A stretch of 49,971 nucleotides of DNA from Candidatus Latescibacterota bacterium. GTDB taxonomy: Bacteria > Latescibacterota > UBA2968 > UBA8231. The stretch is taken from NCBI GenBank assembly GCA_965205655.1, contig CBDBIJ010000031.1:1-49971 (forward strand), in the 5' to 3' direction. Below are positions 11,601-22,297 of this stretch, one piece after another (position 1 is the stretch's first letter; each line of letters starts with the position of its first letter). A program made the translations under genes and the position numbers. A model generated the notes under the pieces. It had not been told where the DNA came from and did no database searches. It was given only the letters and a program-made list of their open reading frames with translations.

Positions 11601-11923
11601 TGAACCTTGCGGGTGCGATCATTCTTCTTGTAGATGGAACTGATCTCGACGGAGAGCATGAAGCGGACTTCGCCGCCGCAGCTGCGTGGCAGCTCCGCCT
11701 CGATCGGTTCGCGCCACGGGCGCCTGAGTCGGTAGAGCCCCTCTTCGACCGGCTCCAGCTTCTCCTTTATTTCCGCGAGCCATTCAGGATGGGTGAAATC
11801 CGCCGTGCCTACGACGTCGACCCCCTTGAGAGCCGACCACTTGTGAACGCGCTCCGGGTCGAGATCGCGGCTGGTCGCTCTGGAGTAGTGCGAATGGAGA
11901 TGGACGTCGGCAACGAAGCGCAT
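8608..11923 (-). CDS. Endonuclease Q-family PHP domain fused to a UvrD/Rep SF1 helicase (+1 frameshift at ~11119)
   Basis: ADVHLHSHYSRATS, PAHIWTP, ETGLSSD, SNSDAHS, and GKYHYDGHRKC..CPQC once one base is removed. Helicase motifs GPGLGKT, LLVDEFQD, IGDPNQAIYGFRGA, NYRS, TMHAAKGLEF, EERRLLYVALTRA. Confidence 0.88.
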
Positions 11924-12070
11924 GGTGGCAAGCGACGCTTCCGGGGGGGAGGATGGTCTTGGGATGGGAGAAGTCGGGGGAGACGCCTCTCAGTATAGTG
12001 CCCTGGTCGAACGGCAACAAGATCCGGGGTCCGCGCGGTCGCGCCTCAGCGCTAAGGCCTTGCGTCATAA

Positions 12071-12099
12071 TTGCGAGCCTGCTGCGCCAACCGTATACT
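12071..12099 (+). promoter_or_regulatory. sigma70 promoter for pepF-glmS
   Basis: TTGCGA-17 nt-TATACT, 50 nt upstream of the GTG start. Confidence 0.6.
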
Positions 12100-12148
12100 G
12101 GTTACATTCCTCTTACATTTCCGTTTTATCAGCATATCAAACTCATCT

Positions 12149-13969
12149 GTGACAGCGACGACTCAGACGATCGACGAACAGCCTTCGACTGCCCTTCCCA
12201 CCTGGGACCTCTCGGACCTCTACGACGGCGCCGACGACCCACAGCTGGACACCGACATCGAGGCCTGCACTCGGAGAGCGCGCCGCTTCGAGGAGAGCTT
12301 CAGGGGAACGATTGCCGTCGACGACCTCGGCGCGGCTCACCTGCACGAGGCACTGCTCGAGTACGAGGGCTTGCTCGGGGCTCGCTACAAGACGGAGGCC
12401 TTCGCCAGTCTCTTGTTCTCGACGGATACGCGAGATGCGAAGAAGGGCGCCCTGCTGCAGAAGACCCGAGAGTTCGGTAGCTCTGTCGCCAGCCACCTCG
12501 TTTTCTTCGAAATCGAGATCGGCGAGATCCCGCAGACGGCCTACGATCGGGTCGCCGTCGCGGCCGAGCTCGAGCCGTACCGACACTACCTCGATCATCA
12601 GCGCTGTCTGGCGGCCCACAACCTCAGCGAGCCCGAAGAGAGAATACTCGTCGAGACGTCCAATTCACGGGGTCGCGCCTTCGCCCGCCTCGCCACCGAG
12701 ATCAACGGCCGCACGAAATTCGACATCGATCTCAACGGTGTGGTGGAGGAGAAGACGCAGAGCGAAATCCTCAGTCTGTTGTATGAGTCGAACCGGAAAC
12801 TACGCGAGAAAGCCGCCGCCTCAATCACTCGGAGCCTGCGGAACAACGCCCACGCCTGCACATTCATCTACAACACCCTGCTCCACGAAAAGGACGTCCT
12901 CGACCGGCTGCGCTCCTATGAGTCCCCCGAGGCGAGTCGTCATCTCGACAACGAGCTCGCCGCCGAGGTGGTGGATACAGTCTGTGACGTGTGCGTCGAG
13001 AATTTCGACATCGTCGCCGACTACTATCGGCTCAAGCGTCGACTGCTCGACATCGATGAACTCACTCACTGCGACCGCTACGCGCCGCTGCCAGGCGGGC
13101 AGACTCGCATCGAGTTTGGTCGGGCCCGTGAGCTGGTCGTCGATTCCTTTGCCGCCTTTTCGCCGTCGCTGGCCGATATGGCGGAGTCCTTCTTTCAGAA
13201 TCGATGGATCGACGCTGCCCTGGCGGACGGCAAGCGGGGCGGGGCGTATTGCGCCGGTGTGACGCCCGACCATCACCCGTACGTTTTCATGAACTACACC
13301 GGGCAGCCCAGAGACGTCATGACCCTCGCCCACGAGCTGGGACACGGCGTTCACGACCTTCTGGCCAGTGACAACCACCTGCTCGACTACCACCCGGTAC
13401 TGCCGCTGGCAGAAACGGCGAGCACCTTCGCTGAGATGCTCCTCTTCGACCGGCTTCTCGGCGAGCTTGATTCCGACCGCGAGAAGCTCGCTCTGCTATG
13501 CAGCAAGATCGAGGACACCTTCGCCACCGTCTTCAGGCAGATTGCCATGTACCGCTTCGAGCAGCGGGCACACCGGACCCGTCGGGAATCCGGCGAGCTG
13601 CCTACTGAGAAGTTCAGCGAGCTGTGGCAGCACGCGATGCAGGAGATGTTCGGCGATTCTCTCCGTCTGGGAGAGGATCACGCCTGCTGGTGGCTTTACA
13701 TCCCCCACATCGTCGACGCTCCGTTCTACGCCTACGCCTATGCGTTCGGCGAGCTCCTCGTTTTGGCCCTCTATGCCCGCTACCGCCAGGAGGGCGAACG
13801 ATTCGTCGAGCGCTACCTGGAGCTGCTCGCGGCGGGAGGCTCTCGCTCACCGGCCGAGCTCACTTCGCGACTGGGTTTCGAAATCGGCGAACGGAGGTTC
13901 TGGCAGGGGGGCTGCGATCTCATCCGCGAGCGTGTCGTTGAGGCGGCGACGCTGGCGGCTCAACGTTGA
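12149..13969 (+). CDS. pepF: M3B oligoendopeptidase F
   Basis: N-terminal WDLSDLY, GKRGGAYC, HPYVFMNY, zinc motif TLAHELGH, AETAS, FYAYAYAFG. GTG start chosen at 12149. Confidence 0.9.
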   Translation: MTATTQTIDEQPSTALPTWDLSDLYDGADDPQLDTDIEACTRRARRFEESFRGTIAVDDLGAAHLHEALLEYEGLLGARYKTEAFASLLFSTDTRDAKKGALLQKTREFGSSVASHLVFFEIEIGEIPQTAYDRVAVAAELEPYRHYLDHQRCLAAHNLSEPEERILVETSNSRGRAFARLATEINGRTKFDIDLNGVVEEKTQSEILSLLYESNRKLREKAAASITRSLRNNAHACTFIYNTLLHEKDVLDRLRSYESPEASRHLDNELAAEVVDTVCDVCVENFDIVADYYRLKRRLLDIDELTHCDRYAPLPGGQTRIEFGRARELVVDSFAAFSPSLADMAESFFQNRWIDAALADGKRGGAYCAGVTPDHHPYVFMNYTGQPRDVMTLAHELGHGVHDLLASDNHLLDYHPVLPLAETASTFAEMLLFDRLLGELDSDREKLALLCSKIEDTFATVFRQIAMYRFEQRAHRTRRESGELPTEKFSELWQHAMQEMFGDSLRLGEDHACWWLYIPHIVDAPFYAYAYAFGELLVLALYARYRQEGERFVERYLELLAAGGSRSPAELTSRLGFEIGERRFWQGGCDLIRERVVEAATLAAQR

Positions 13970-13988
13970 ATTCGAGAGGACGACGAAC

Positions 13989-15821
<1,833 letters not shown>

Positions 15822-15847
15822 CTATCCAATCTGTGAGGCACACCCGG

Positions 15848-15968
15848 CAGAATCCGCGAAGCGGATTGTGCTAGGATCGTCCGTTCAGGAGATTTCAGAT
15901 ACCTGCCCAGCACGGGCTCGCGAGGAGATGGTGGCCCAGCCGTCCAGCAGAATCGCAAAGCGATTGTG
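15848..15968. repeat. Pair of related palindromic hairpins (REP-like), 100 nt apart
   Basis: CAGAATCCGC-GAA-GCGGATTGTG (15848-15870) and CAGAATCGC-AAA-GCGATTGTG (15948-15968), lying between convergent genes. Confidence 0.55.
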
Positions 15969-15980
15969 CGAGACGCTCCG

Positions 15981-16928
15981 TCAGGAGCGTCCATTGACAA
16001 GAACGATCCCCCCTCCCACCAACGCCACACTCGCCAGCAATTGCCCCGTGAGTGGTTCGCCCACCAGCAGCACGCTGAGGACGACACCGAGAATCGGCGT
16101 GGAGAAACTGAACACGCCGAGACGGCTGGCGCTGTGCCGTCGCAGCAGGTGGATCCACACGATGAAGCAGAAACCGGCCACCACGACGCCCTGGTAGAGC
16201 ACGGCGCCGATCACCATCGGAGTCAGATCGAACACGGCGTCCCTCTCAAACAGCGCGCTCGAGATTGCGAAGACCGGCAACGCGAGCAGGGACTGCCAGA
16301 ACAGGAGCTTGAAGGGGTCGAGCCCTCTCACAAGCCGCTTCAACACCACGAGCCGCATGCCCAGAAGCATGGCGCTGCCCAGCACGAGAACGTCTCCGGC
16401 GAGCGTCGCCTCGTGCGGAGCAGTGACTCCACTTGCTGCCGGGGCAGTCGCTCCGGGGTTGCCGCCGACGGACTCGGCGAACATGAGTAGGACGCCGGAG
16501 AAAGCCAGTGCCATGCCAGCAACTTTCGCCAGGCTCAACCTGTCCCCGGGCACGAAGAAGTGACAGAGCAGCGCGACGAAGAACGGATGCGCGGCGATGA
16601 GGATGGTCGAGCTGCCGGCCGTCGTGCGGTCGGTGCCTTCGTTGAGCAGCGCTATCTGGAGAAAGAATATCCCGCTCAGACAGAGCAGACCCCTCCACTC
16701 TCCGGGGAGTATTTTCAGCGGGACGCGGCGCAGGCGAACGGCGGCCACGATGATGAGCCAGCCGATGGAGAAGCGCGCCGCCGCCATGGCCAGCGGCGGC
16801 AGGCCGTCGAGGCCCAGCTTGATGAACGGCTGGGTGCCGCCCCACAGGAAGGAGGACAACAGCGCCAGACCCGCGGCGCCGAGACCTACTCTTTCATTGC
16901 TGTACGATTGAGCCGGAACCTGGCTCAA
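15981..16928 (-). CDS. DMT/EamA family transporter
   Basis: About 10 TM helices in two EamA repeats; LWG, PPLAMAAARF, LVGEPLT. Confidence 0.9.
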   Translation of the reverse strand: MSQVPAQSYSNERVGLGAAGLALLSSFLWGGTQPFIKLGLDGLPPLAMAAARFSIGWLIIVAAVRLRRVPLKILPGEWRGLLCLSGIFFLQIALLNEGTDRTTAGSSTILIAAHPFFVALLCHFFVPGDRLSLAKVAGMALAFSGVLLMFAESVGGNPGATAPAASGVTAPHEATLAGDVLVLGSAMLLGMRLVVLKRLVRGLDPFKLLFWQSLLALPVFAISSALFERDAVFDLTPMVIGAVLYQGVVVAGFCFIVWIHLLRRHSASRLGVFSFSTPILGVVLSVLLVGEPLTGQLLASVALVGGGIVLVNGRS

Positions 16929-17440
16929 TCGACTATGGTGACTTGTTTGATGTAGTCGAGGTTCGGGAAGAGCTTGTTGAGGTATTTGTTGCCCTTCTTA
17001 TAGATCTGTTGCTGGTTCGGCTTGCCCTTGTATTCCGCGTTGATCGCGTCCACCACTTCCATGCCTTCGACTACGTTCCCGAAAGCGGCGAAGCCGTCAG
17101 CGTCGAGACGCGCGTTGTCGCGCAGGTTGATGAACAGCTGTGTCGTGCGGGAATCGGGTGCGCTGGTCTTGGCGTAGGTGATCGTACCTCGCGCATTGGT
17201 TCCCTTCACGGGATCGTCTTTGATGGTCGAGGTCATCCAGTGTTTGGCCACCTCTGGATCGCCGTGCATGCCCCACTGCACGACGAACCCCGGCTCGACG
17301 CGAAAAAAGCGCAGATCGTTGTAAAACCCCATCCTGACAAGATTGTAAAGCCGGTCTACCCCGGTTGGAGCCAGCGCCCGTTCCACCTCGAGCACGAAAT
17401 CGCCGGCGCTCGTCTCAAATTTGGCGCGAAAGCTGGCTGG

Positions 17441-18687
17441 CGCGAGTTCAACCAGTCAACGCAACACCTTCGTCAACGCAACACCTTCATTGAATCGTTC
17501 TGCGGGTGAAACGAACCCCAACGTCTTCCGCGGGCGCTGGTTCAGTTGAAGAGCGACTCTGTTCAGGTCGGCTTGGGAGAATGGCGACAGATCGGTCTTC
17601 CTCGGGAAGTACTGTCGAAGAAGGCGATTCGTGTTCTCATTTGTGCCTCGTTGCCAGGGACTCTGAGGATCACAGAAATACACCTCGACGTCAGTTGCGA
17701 TCGAGAACTCCTTGTGCCGAGCTAGCTCCATTCCTCGATCCCAGGTAAGGGACAACCGCACCGCGGAGGGGAGTCGTTTCACCTGGCTGATCAGCGCTCT
17801 GACAACGGTCTCGGTGTCTTTGCCGTTGAGCTTCACGAGCATCGTGAACCGAGACTGCCGCTCCACCAACGTGGCGATGTGCGTGTTGTTCGACCTCGAG
17901 ATCAAGTCTCCCTCCCAGTGGCCGGGAACGGCGCGGTCCTCGATCTCGGCAGGCCGCTCGCTGATGGATACGGCGTCGACGATCCGGCCTCTCGGCTGAT
18001 CGCGTGTGCTTGCCTTCTTGGATCGCCGCATCATCCTTCGCGTCCGCAGATGCGCAATGAGGTCCTTGTTGAGTGCCCCGCGTGCCTGGATGAAGAGAGT
18101 TCGATAGATCGTTTCGTGGGATATCTGCATATTTCCTAAAAGCGCATACTCCCGCTTCAGCCATCCCGATATCTGCTCAGGTGACCACTTCAGGCGTAGC
18201 TTGTCCGCCACGACTCGCCGCAAACGAAGATTGGATGCGAGTCGGCAGCATTTCGGCCGGCTGGCGCGCGTCCAGGCTGCTTGGTCGGCGACGTTTGCTC
18301 GGTACCTTTGCCGCCCGCCATTGCGGGCAATCTCTCGGCTAACCGTCGAGGGTGCACGTTCAACAGCGGCCGCAATTATTCGTATCGATTTTCCCGCAGC
18401 GATACCTCGAGAGATCTCTTCACGCTCTTCCCAGCCAAGAGCCCATCGAGAGCGTCGACGCGGCATTGGTACGATGCCCCCATTGGCGGTGATGACACCA
18501 TGAATCGACGCCGGATGCTTCCCGAGCGCCCGACCAATATCGCTATGCGACTGGCCGCTCTTCCATCGACGCCATACCTCCAACTTCTGTGACGCGGACA
18601 ATCCTGGTCGTCCCATTTGAGCCATGTGCAACATCTCCTATGATTAGATTAGTGGGGAGAATGTTGCATTGACCGATTGAATATACC
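17441..18687 (-). mobile_element. IS30-family insertion sequence (1247 bp)
   Basis: Imperfect ~26-bp IRs (GGTATATTCAATCGGTCAATGCAACA / CGCGAGTTCAACCAGTCAACGCAACA) and a 2-bp target duplication (GG at 17439-17440 and 18688-18689). Confidence 0.9.
17456..18625 (-). CDS. IS30-family transposase
   Basis: HTH (STVSREIARN), WSPEQI, SHETIY, PGHWEGDL, TWDRG.E, PWQRGTNENTN.LLRQYFP, RPRKTLG. Confidence 0.95.
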   Translation of the reverse strand: MAQMGRPGLSASQKLEVWRRWKSGQSHSDIGRALGKHPASIHGVITANGGIVPMPRRRSRWALGWEEREEISRGIAAGKSIRIIAAAVERAPSTVSREIARNGGRQRYRANVADQAAWTRASRPKCCRLASNLRLRRVVADKLRLKWSPEQISGWLKREYALLGNMQISHETIYRTLFIQARGALNKDLIAHLRTRRMMRRSKKASTRDQPRGRIVDAVSISERPAEIEDRAVPGHWEGDLISRSNNTHIATLVERQSRFTMLVKLNGKDTETVVRALISQVKRLPSAVRLSLTWDRGMELARHKEFSIATDVEVYFCDPQSPWQRGTNENTNRLLRQYFPRKTDLSPFSQADLNRVALQLNQRPRKTLGFVSPAERFNEGVALTKVLR

Positions 18688-18867
18688 GGAGCCTTCTTCT
18701 TCATCTCCGAGTGATTCGGATCCATCAGCACATCCGTATTGACGACGGCCTCCTCTGCCGCTCCTCCACATCCCCATCCGCTTATCAGTGATCCGACCAC
18801 AAGGAGTGCAGTGACGCGCATCTTTTCACCTGTCCTTTTCGTGAGACTGCAACCGCGGCGGTCCCGG

Positions 18868-21132
18868 TTATAACTCCTCCACCGCCTCTACGAGCGCCTC
18901 TTTCGTGATGCCGAAATGGGCCCAGGTCTCCATGTGGCCGTCCGCCGGGGCCGTTCGCGGATCGGTTATGCCGACGTGCGCCAGAGGTAGTCCCGCTTTG
19001 GCGGCGGTGCTGGCTACCATACCCGCAAACCCGCGGACACCTGTCGATGGGGTGCCGATGAGTCCGTCCTCGATGGTGACGACGACGCCGCCGTAACCGG
19101 CCAGAAGCTCCTCCAACTCGTTCGGCGCCAGCGGCAGGCCGTTGACGATGTACACGTCCGTCGGCATGCCGCGCCCGGCCAGCTCGTCAGCCGCTTCGGC
19201 GGCCACAAAGGCCGGTGCTCCGAAGGCGAGGATGGCGTGGCTGGCGCCCTGGTGGCGCCGGTACTCGGTGATCGATTCCCAGTCGGAGTCCGGCTCCCAT
19301 AGCGCGCCGCTGCCGTCTTGCTTTTCGAGGATGGGCAGATCGTCCCTCGGAATGCCGATGATGTGGCCGCCGTAATGAGCCGCCAGATCCCGCACTGCCA
19401 GAAAGGCGGACCGGGCATCTGCCGGGCCGTAGAACCGGTGCAAGTACGGCAGGTAGGTGAGGCCTATGTTGATCCAGTCCAGTCCCCATCCCGAGAAGTG
19501 ATCCCTGCCGGTGCAGGCGCCCACGTGTGAGATGTGGAAGGTCACGTTGAGCCCCTCGTTGACCCCGTTGAGGTTGCGCTGGTAGCGCCACATGTCGAAC
19601 CCCTCGCGGGCGATCCCCTCGAAGAAGGCGGCGAAGGTGGAGACGACGTTCAGCTGCGGCTGGCGCGAGCTCATGGCCAGACCGTCGGCGACGAGCGTCG
19701 CTGCCTGCTCCTCGATCGACATCTCGAACTGGTGATCCGTCGCGATGGACTGCCTCGCCTTGCCAAGCTTCGTGGACGGATCGAGATCGCAACTGACGAT
19801 GAAGACGTCATGGGGGAAGGATGTGGCCACCGCGGCGTAGCCGGCTTCCGAGCCACCCCTGGCGCTTACCTTATCCCCCACCCCTGGCAGGCTCACCGCT
19901 CGCAGGACCTCCCGGGACAGCTCGAGGTTCGAACTGCCAGGTGCCGGCCTGGCGCGGGTGATGACGTTGCGCTTGGGTCGCTTTTCGAGAGCGGCGAGCG
20001 CCTCCCTCGACGACCCTCCGAGCTGCAGCATCGGATTGGCGAGAACCTCCGCTTCGTCGCGGCCTTTCATGTGACCGTCGTGGTGGCCCACGCCTCCCGG
20101 CAGCTGGTTGACGAGAAAGACACACTCGACCATGGAGATGGGATCGCGGAAGCTCATGAGCGAGCCGGGAATCCACACCGACTTGTCCATGGCAACCCCC
20201 TTCGATGCGGCGAAGGCCTGCACCTGCTCTCGAATGCCGTGTCGGGCGGCGAAGCTGTTCAGGTCGGCGACTTCGCCGTTCTTCGAGATGTAGCCGGCGG
20301 GATAGATGAGATTGGGCCGTCCCTGCTGGGCCAGCCGGTATCCCTCGCGGTATGCCTGATACAGCGCCCGCGCGTCGTGGAGCGTGGGGATCTCGATGAT
20401 CTCGATGCCGAGGGATTCGATGACCGGTCGCGGATCGCGGTCTAGAATGCTCTTCGTGCTGCCGGACAGCTGAATGCCGTTGCGGTGCATGACAAACGTG
20501 GTGGGCGCCCCGAGCGCGGAGGCGCCGTTGAAGCCGTTCAGTGCCTGTCCGGAGATCCAGCCGGCGTCGCCGCAGTGAGTGACGATCCAGGTGCCCTCGC
20601 CGAGGCGGGCTCTCTTTCCCAGAGCCTGACCCACGGCCACCGGGATCATGACGCCGAGCCTGCCACCGTTCAGCTGCGTGCCGCCCGGCAACCAGGAGAC
20701 GTGGCCGGGTACGTCGAGGCTCCGTCGGAAGCCCTCGACAACCGCGTCGTCGTCGATGAAGCCCAGAGCGGCCAGGCATGAGAAGTAGCCGACGCTCGTG
20801 TGGGCGTGCTCGATCGTATACTCGATGCGCTCGTAGTCGGTCACAGCCAGAGTCAGCAGCAGCGGCGGAATCAGTTCCAGGCCACCGCCGAGGTGGTCTA
20901 CCTCGTTGAGCTTGGACAGCGATGCGACAGAGCGAATCGCGGTGCGGGCCGCCTCGATTTCGAGTCCCTCGAGTGCGTGGACCTCGTCGTCGTCGAGACT
21001 GTCCCTGCTGCCGATCTCGACGTGCAGTGGCAGGACCTCGGAGCTCACCTCGTCGTCGAGGTAACGCGCCCGCGCCAACAGCTGCTTGTTGCGCTTTTCC
21101 TGGTCCTCGATCCCCGCCTGGATTCCGATCAT
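18868..21132 (-). CDS. Divergent single-chain transketolase-like ThDP enzyme
   Basis: DHLGGGL, PGH, ThDP motif GDAG..SGQ...HRN, SCDL, SIEEQ, STFAAF, C-terminal VTIED and FGITKE; strong AGGAGGAG RBS. Confidence 0.75.
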   Translation of the reverse strand: MIGIQAGIEDQEKRNKQLLARARYLDDEVSSEVLPLHVEIGSRDSLDDDEVHALEGLEIEAARTAIRSVASLSKLNEVDHLGGGLELIPPLLLTLAVTDYERIEYTIEHAHTSVGYFSCLAALGFIDDDAVVEGFRRSLDVPGHVSWLPGGTQLNGGRLGVMIPVAVGQALGKRARLGEGTWIVTHCGDAGWISGQALNGFNGASALGAPTTFVMHRNGIQLSGSTKSILDRDPRPVIESLGIEIIEIPTLHDARALYQAYREGYRLAQQGRPNLIYPAGYISKNGEVADLNSFAARHGIREQVQAFAASKGVAMDKSVWIPGSLMSFRDPISMVECVFLVNQLPGGVGHHDGHMKGRDEAEVLANPMLQLGGSSREALAALEKRPKRNVITRARPAPGSSNLELSREVLRAVSLPGVGDKVSARGGSEAGYAAVATSFPHDVFIVSCDLDPSTKLGKARQSIATDHQFEMSIEEQAATLVADGLAMSSRQPQLNVVSTFAAFFEGIAREGFDMWRYQRNLNGVNEGLNVTFHISHVGACTGRDHFSGWGLDWINIGLTYLPYLHRFYGPADARSAFLAVRDLAAHYGGHIIGIPRDDLPILEKQDGSGALWEPDSDWESITEYRRHQGASHAILAFGAPAFVAAEAADELAGRGMPTDVYIVNGLPLAPNELEELLAGYGGVVVTIEDGLIGTPSTGVRGFAGMVASTAAKAGLPLAHVGITDPRTAPADGHMETWAHFGITKEALVEAVEEL

Positions 21133-21164
21133 CGACGTCTCCTCCTCACCTGATTCGGCGCCAT

Positions 21165-21193
21165 ATCATATTGCCGCGATGTTGCCGTGGCAA
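21165..21193 (-). promoter_or_regulatory. sigma70 promoter for the transketolase-like gene
   Basis: Minus strand TTGCCA-17 nt-TATGAT. Confidence 0.55.
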
Positions 21194-21201
21194 GCATTCC
21201 C

Positions 21202-22272
21202 TCAAGCTTGGGTTTCACTTTCCCAATACCCCACGGCATCCCCCTTGCGAAATACCCGGGCTCCCGGCAGCATCATGATGTTTACCTTGTCGGAGTCGGG
21301 ATATTCGCACACGTCGTCGGGCAACTGGTTACTGAGAGCCAGCATGACGCACGGCTCGGCTCCTTCGGTGGCGAATTTATGAGTCCCGGCGGGACCGGGA
21401 GGAAAGGCTATGTAGTCTCCGGCCCTCGCCAGCTGCTTGCCACGCGGAGTCAACAACGTGCAGGAGCCTTCGAGAACGACGAACAGCTCCTCGATGAGGT
21501 GGTGGAAGTGCGAAGGGCATATCGAGGCGCCCGCCGGCAACCGCATGAGCCGGTAGCCGATATTCCGGGCTCCGATAAGGCCGTCGAGCTCTTTCGTCTC
21601 CCACCTGTAGCCGGCGGGCCTGTCTTCGCGCAGCACCCACTCGACGTCGGCGGCGTGGATCTTGTTGATGTAGATGTCGCCGCGTCGCTCGAGGCATTCG
21701 AGCAGCCGCTCGCGGGCGTCGTGGGCGATCGAATGGCCGTCTCCCACGAGCATGGCGTCGAAGTCGAGGCTCAGGAGCCGCCGCAGTTCGAGAGCCGCCG
21801 CCGCCGGGTCGGCCAGCTTCTCATCCGCGAGCAGTGACAGCTCTCCGATCGGCTCCCCAACGATGAGGTCACCGGAGAGCACCAGTCTCTTCTCTTTCCA
21901 GTAGAGCGCGATCTCTCCGGGACTCTTGCAGAATCTCAGATGGACCGCTTCCAGTCCCGCGACGATCTCCTCGCCGTCGGCAATCGTGCGCTGTGCCCGC
22001 GCCTCGAGCTCCCCGGCATCGAGCTCGTGGACGGCGATCTCTGCCCCGGTGCGATCGCGGAAGGAGGCCGCCTCGTGGTCGCGGTTCGTGAGCACGATCC
22101 ACCGCGCGCCCCCCAGCGCCTCGAGCTGGGCCAGATCCGATTCAATCATCGCCACCGGGTCGATGAGGATGTTACCCTCCTCGCGCACCCACAAGTGCCC
22201 ATTGAAGTCGATCTGGCGCCGCTCGTCGAATGCGGACCAGCTGTAGATGTCGTCAAATGCTACTCGCTTCAT
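21202..22272 (-). CDS. MBL-fold domain fused to a cupin domain
   Basis: ILIDP, LTNRDH, KSPGEIAL, SGDL, LVGDG; cupin HFHHLIEELFVVLEG, GDYIAFPPG..H, CEYPDSDK. Confidence 0.75.
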   Translation of the reverse strand: MKRVAFDDIYSWSAFDERRQIDFNGHLWVREEGNILIDPVAMIESDLAQLEALGGARWIVLTNRDHEAASFRDRTGAEIAVHELDAGELEARAQRTIADGEEIVAGLEAVHLRFCKSPGEIALYWKEKRLVLSGDLIVGEPIGELSLLADEKLADPAAAALELRRLLSLDFDAMLVGDGHSIAHDARERLLECLERRGDIYINKIHAADVEWVLREDRPAGYRWETKELDGLIGARNIGYRLMRLPAGASICPSHFHHLIEELFVVLEGSCTLLTPRGKQLARAGDYIAFPPGPAGTHKFATEGAEPCVMLALSNQLPDDVCEYPDSDKVNIMMLPGARVFRKGDAVGYWESETQA

Positions 22273-22297
22273 GCCTCATCCCATCTCTCGCCAGCCG

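Larger units (their letters stand above)
16925..18821 (-). pseudogene. Cyclophilin-type peptidyl-prolyl isomerase lipoprotein interrupted by IS30
   Basis: 5' part MRVTALL..GWGC..EMKKKAP (18821-18688) and 3' part (P)ASFRAKFETSAGDF...FFRVEPGFVVQWG...RTTQLFINL (17440-16925) rejoin in frame when the IS and one CC copy are removed. Confidence 0.88.

Noticed and set aside
13368..13988. N-terminal extension of glmS in the 817-aa ORF
   Set aside because: It overlaps pepF in another frame. GlmS needs an N-terminal Cys, and the RBS plus MCG start is at 13989.
17441..17460. Second cyclophilin gene suggested by LVELAP resembling KKKAP
   Set aside because: LVELA is encoded by the IS30 right inverted repeat; there is only one interrupted gene.
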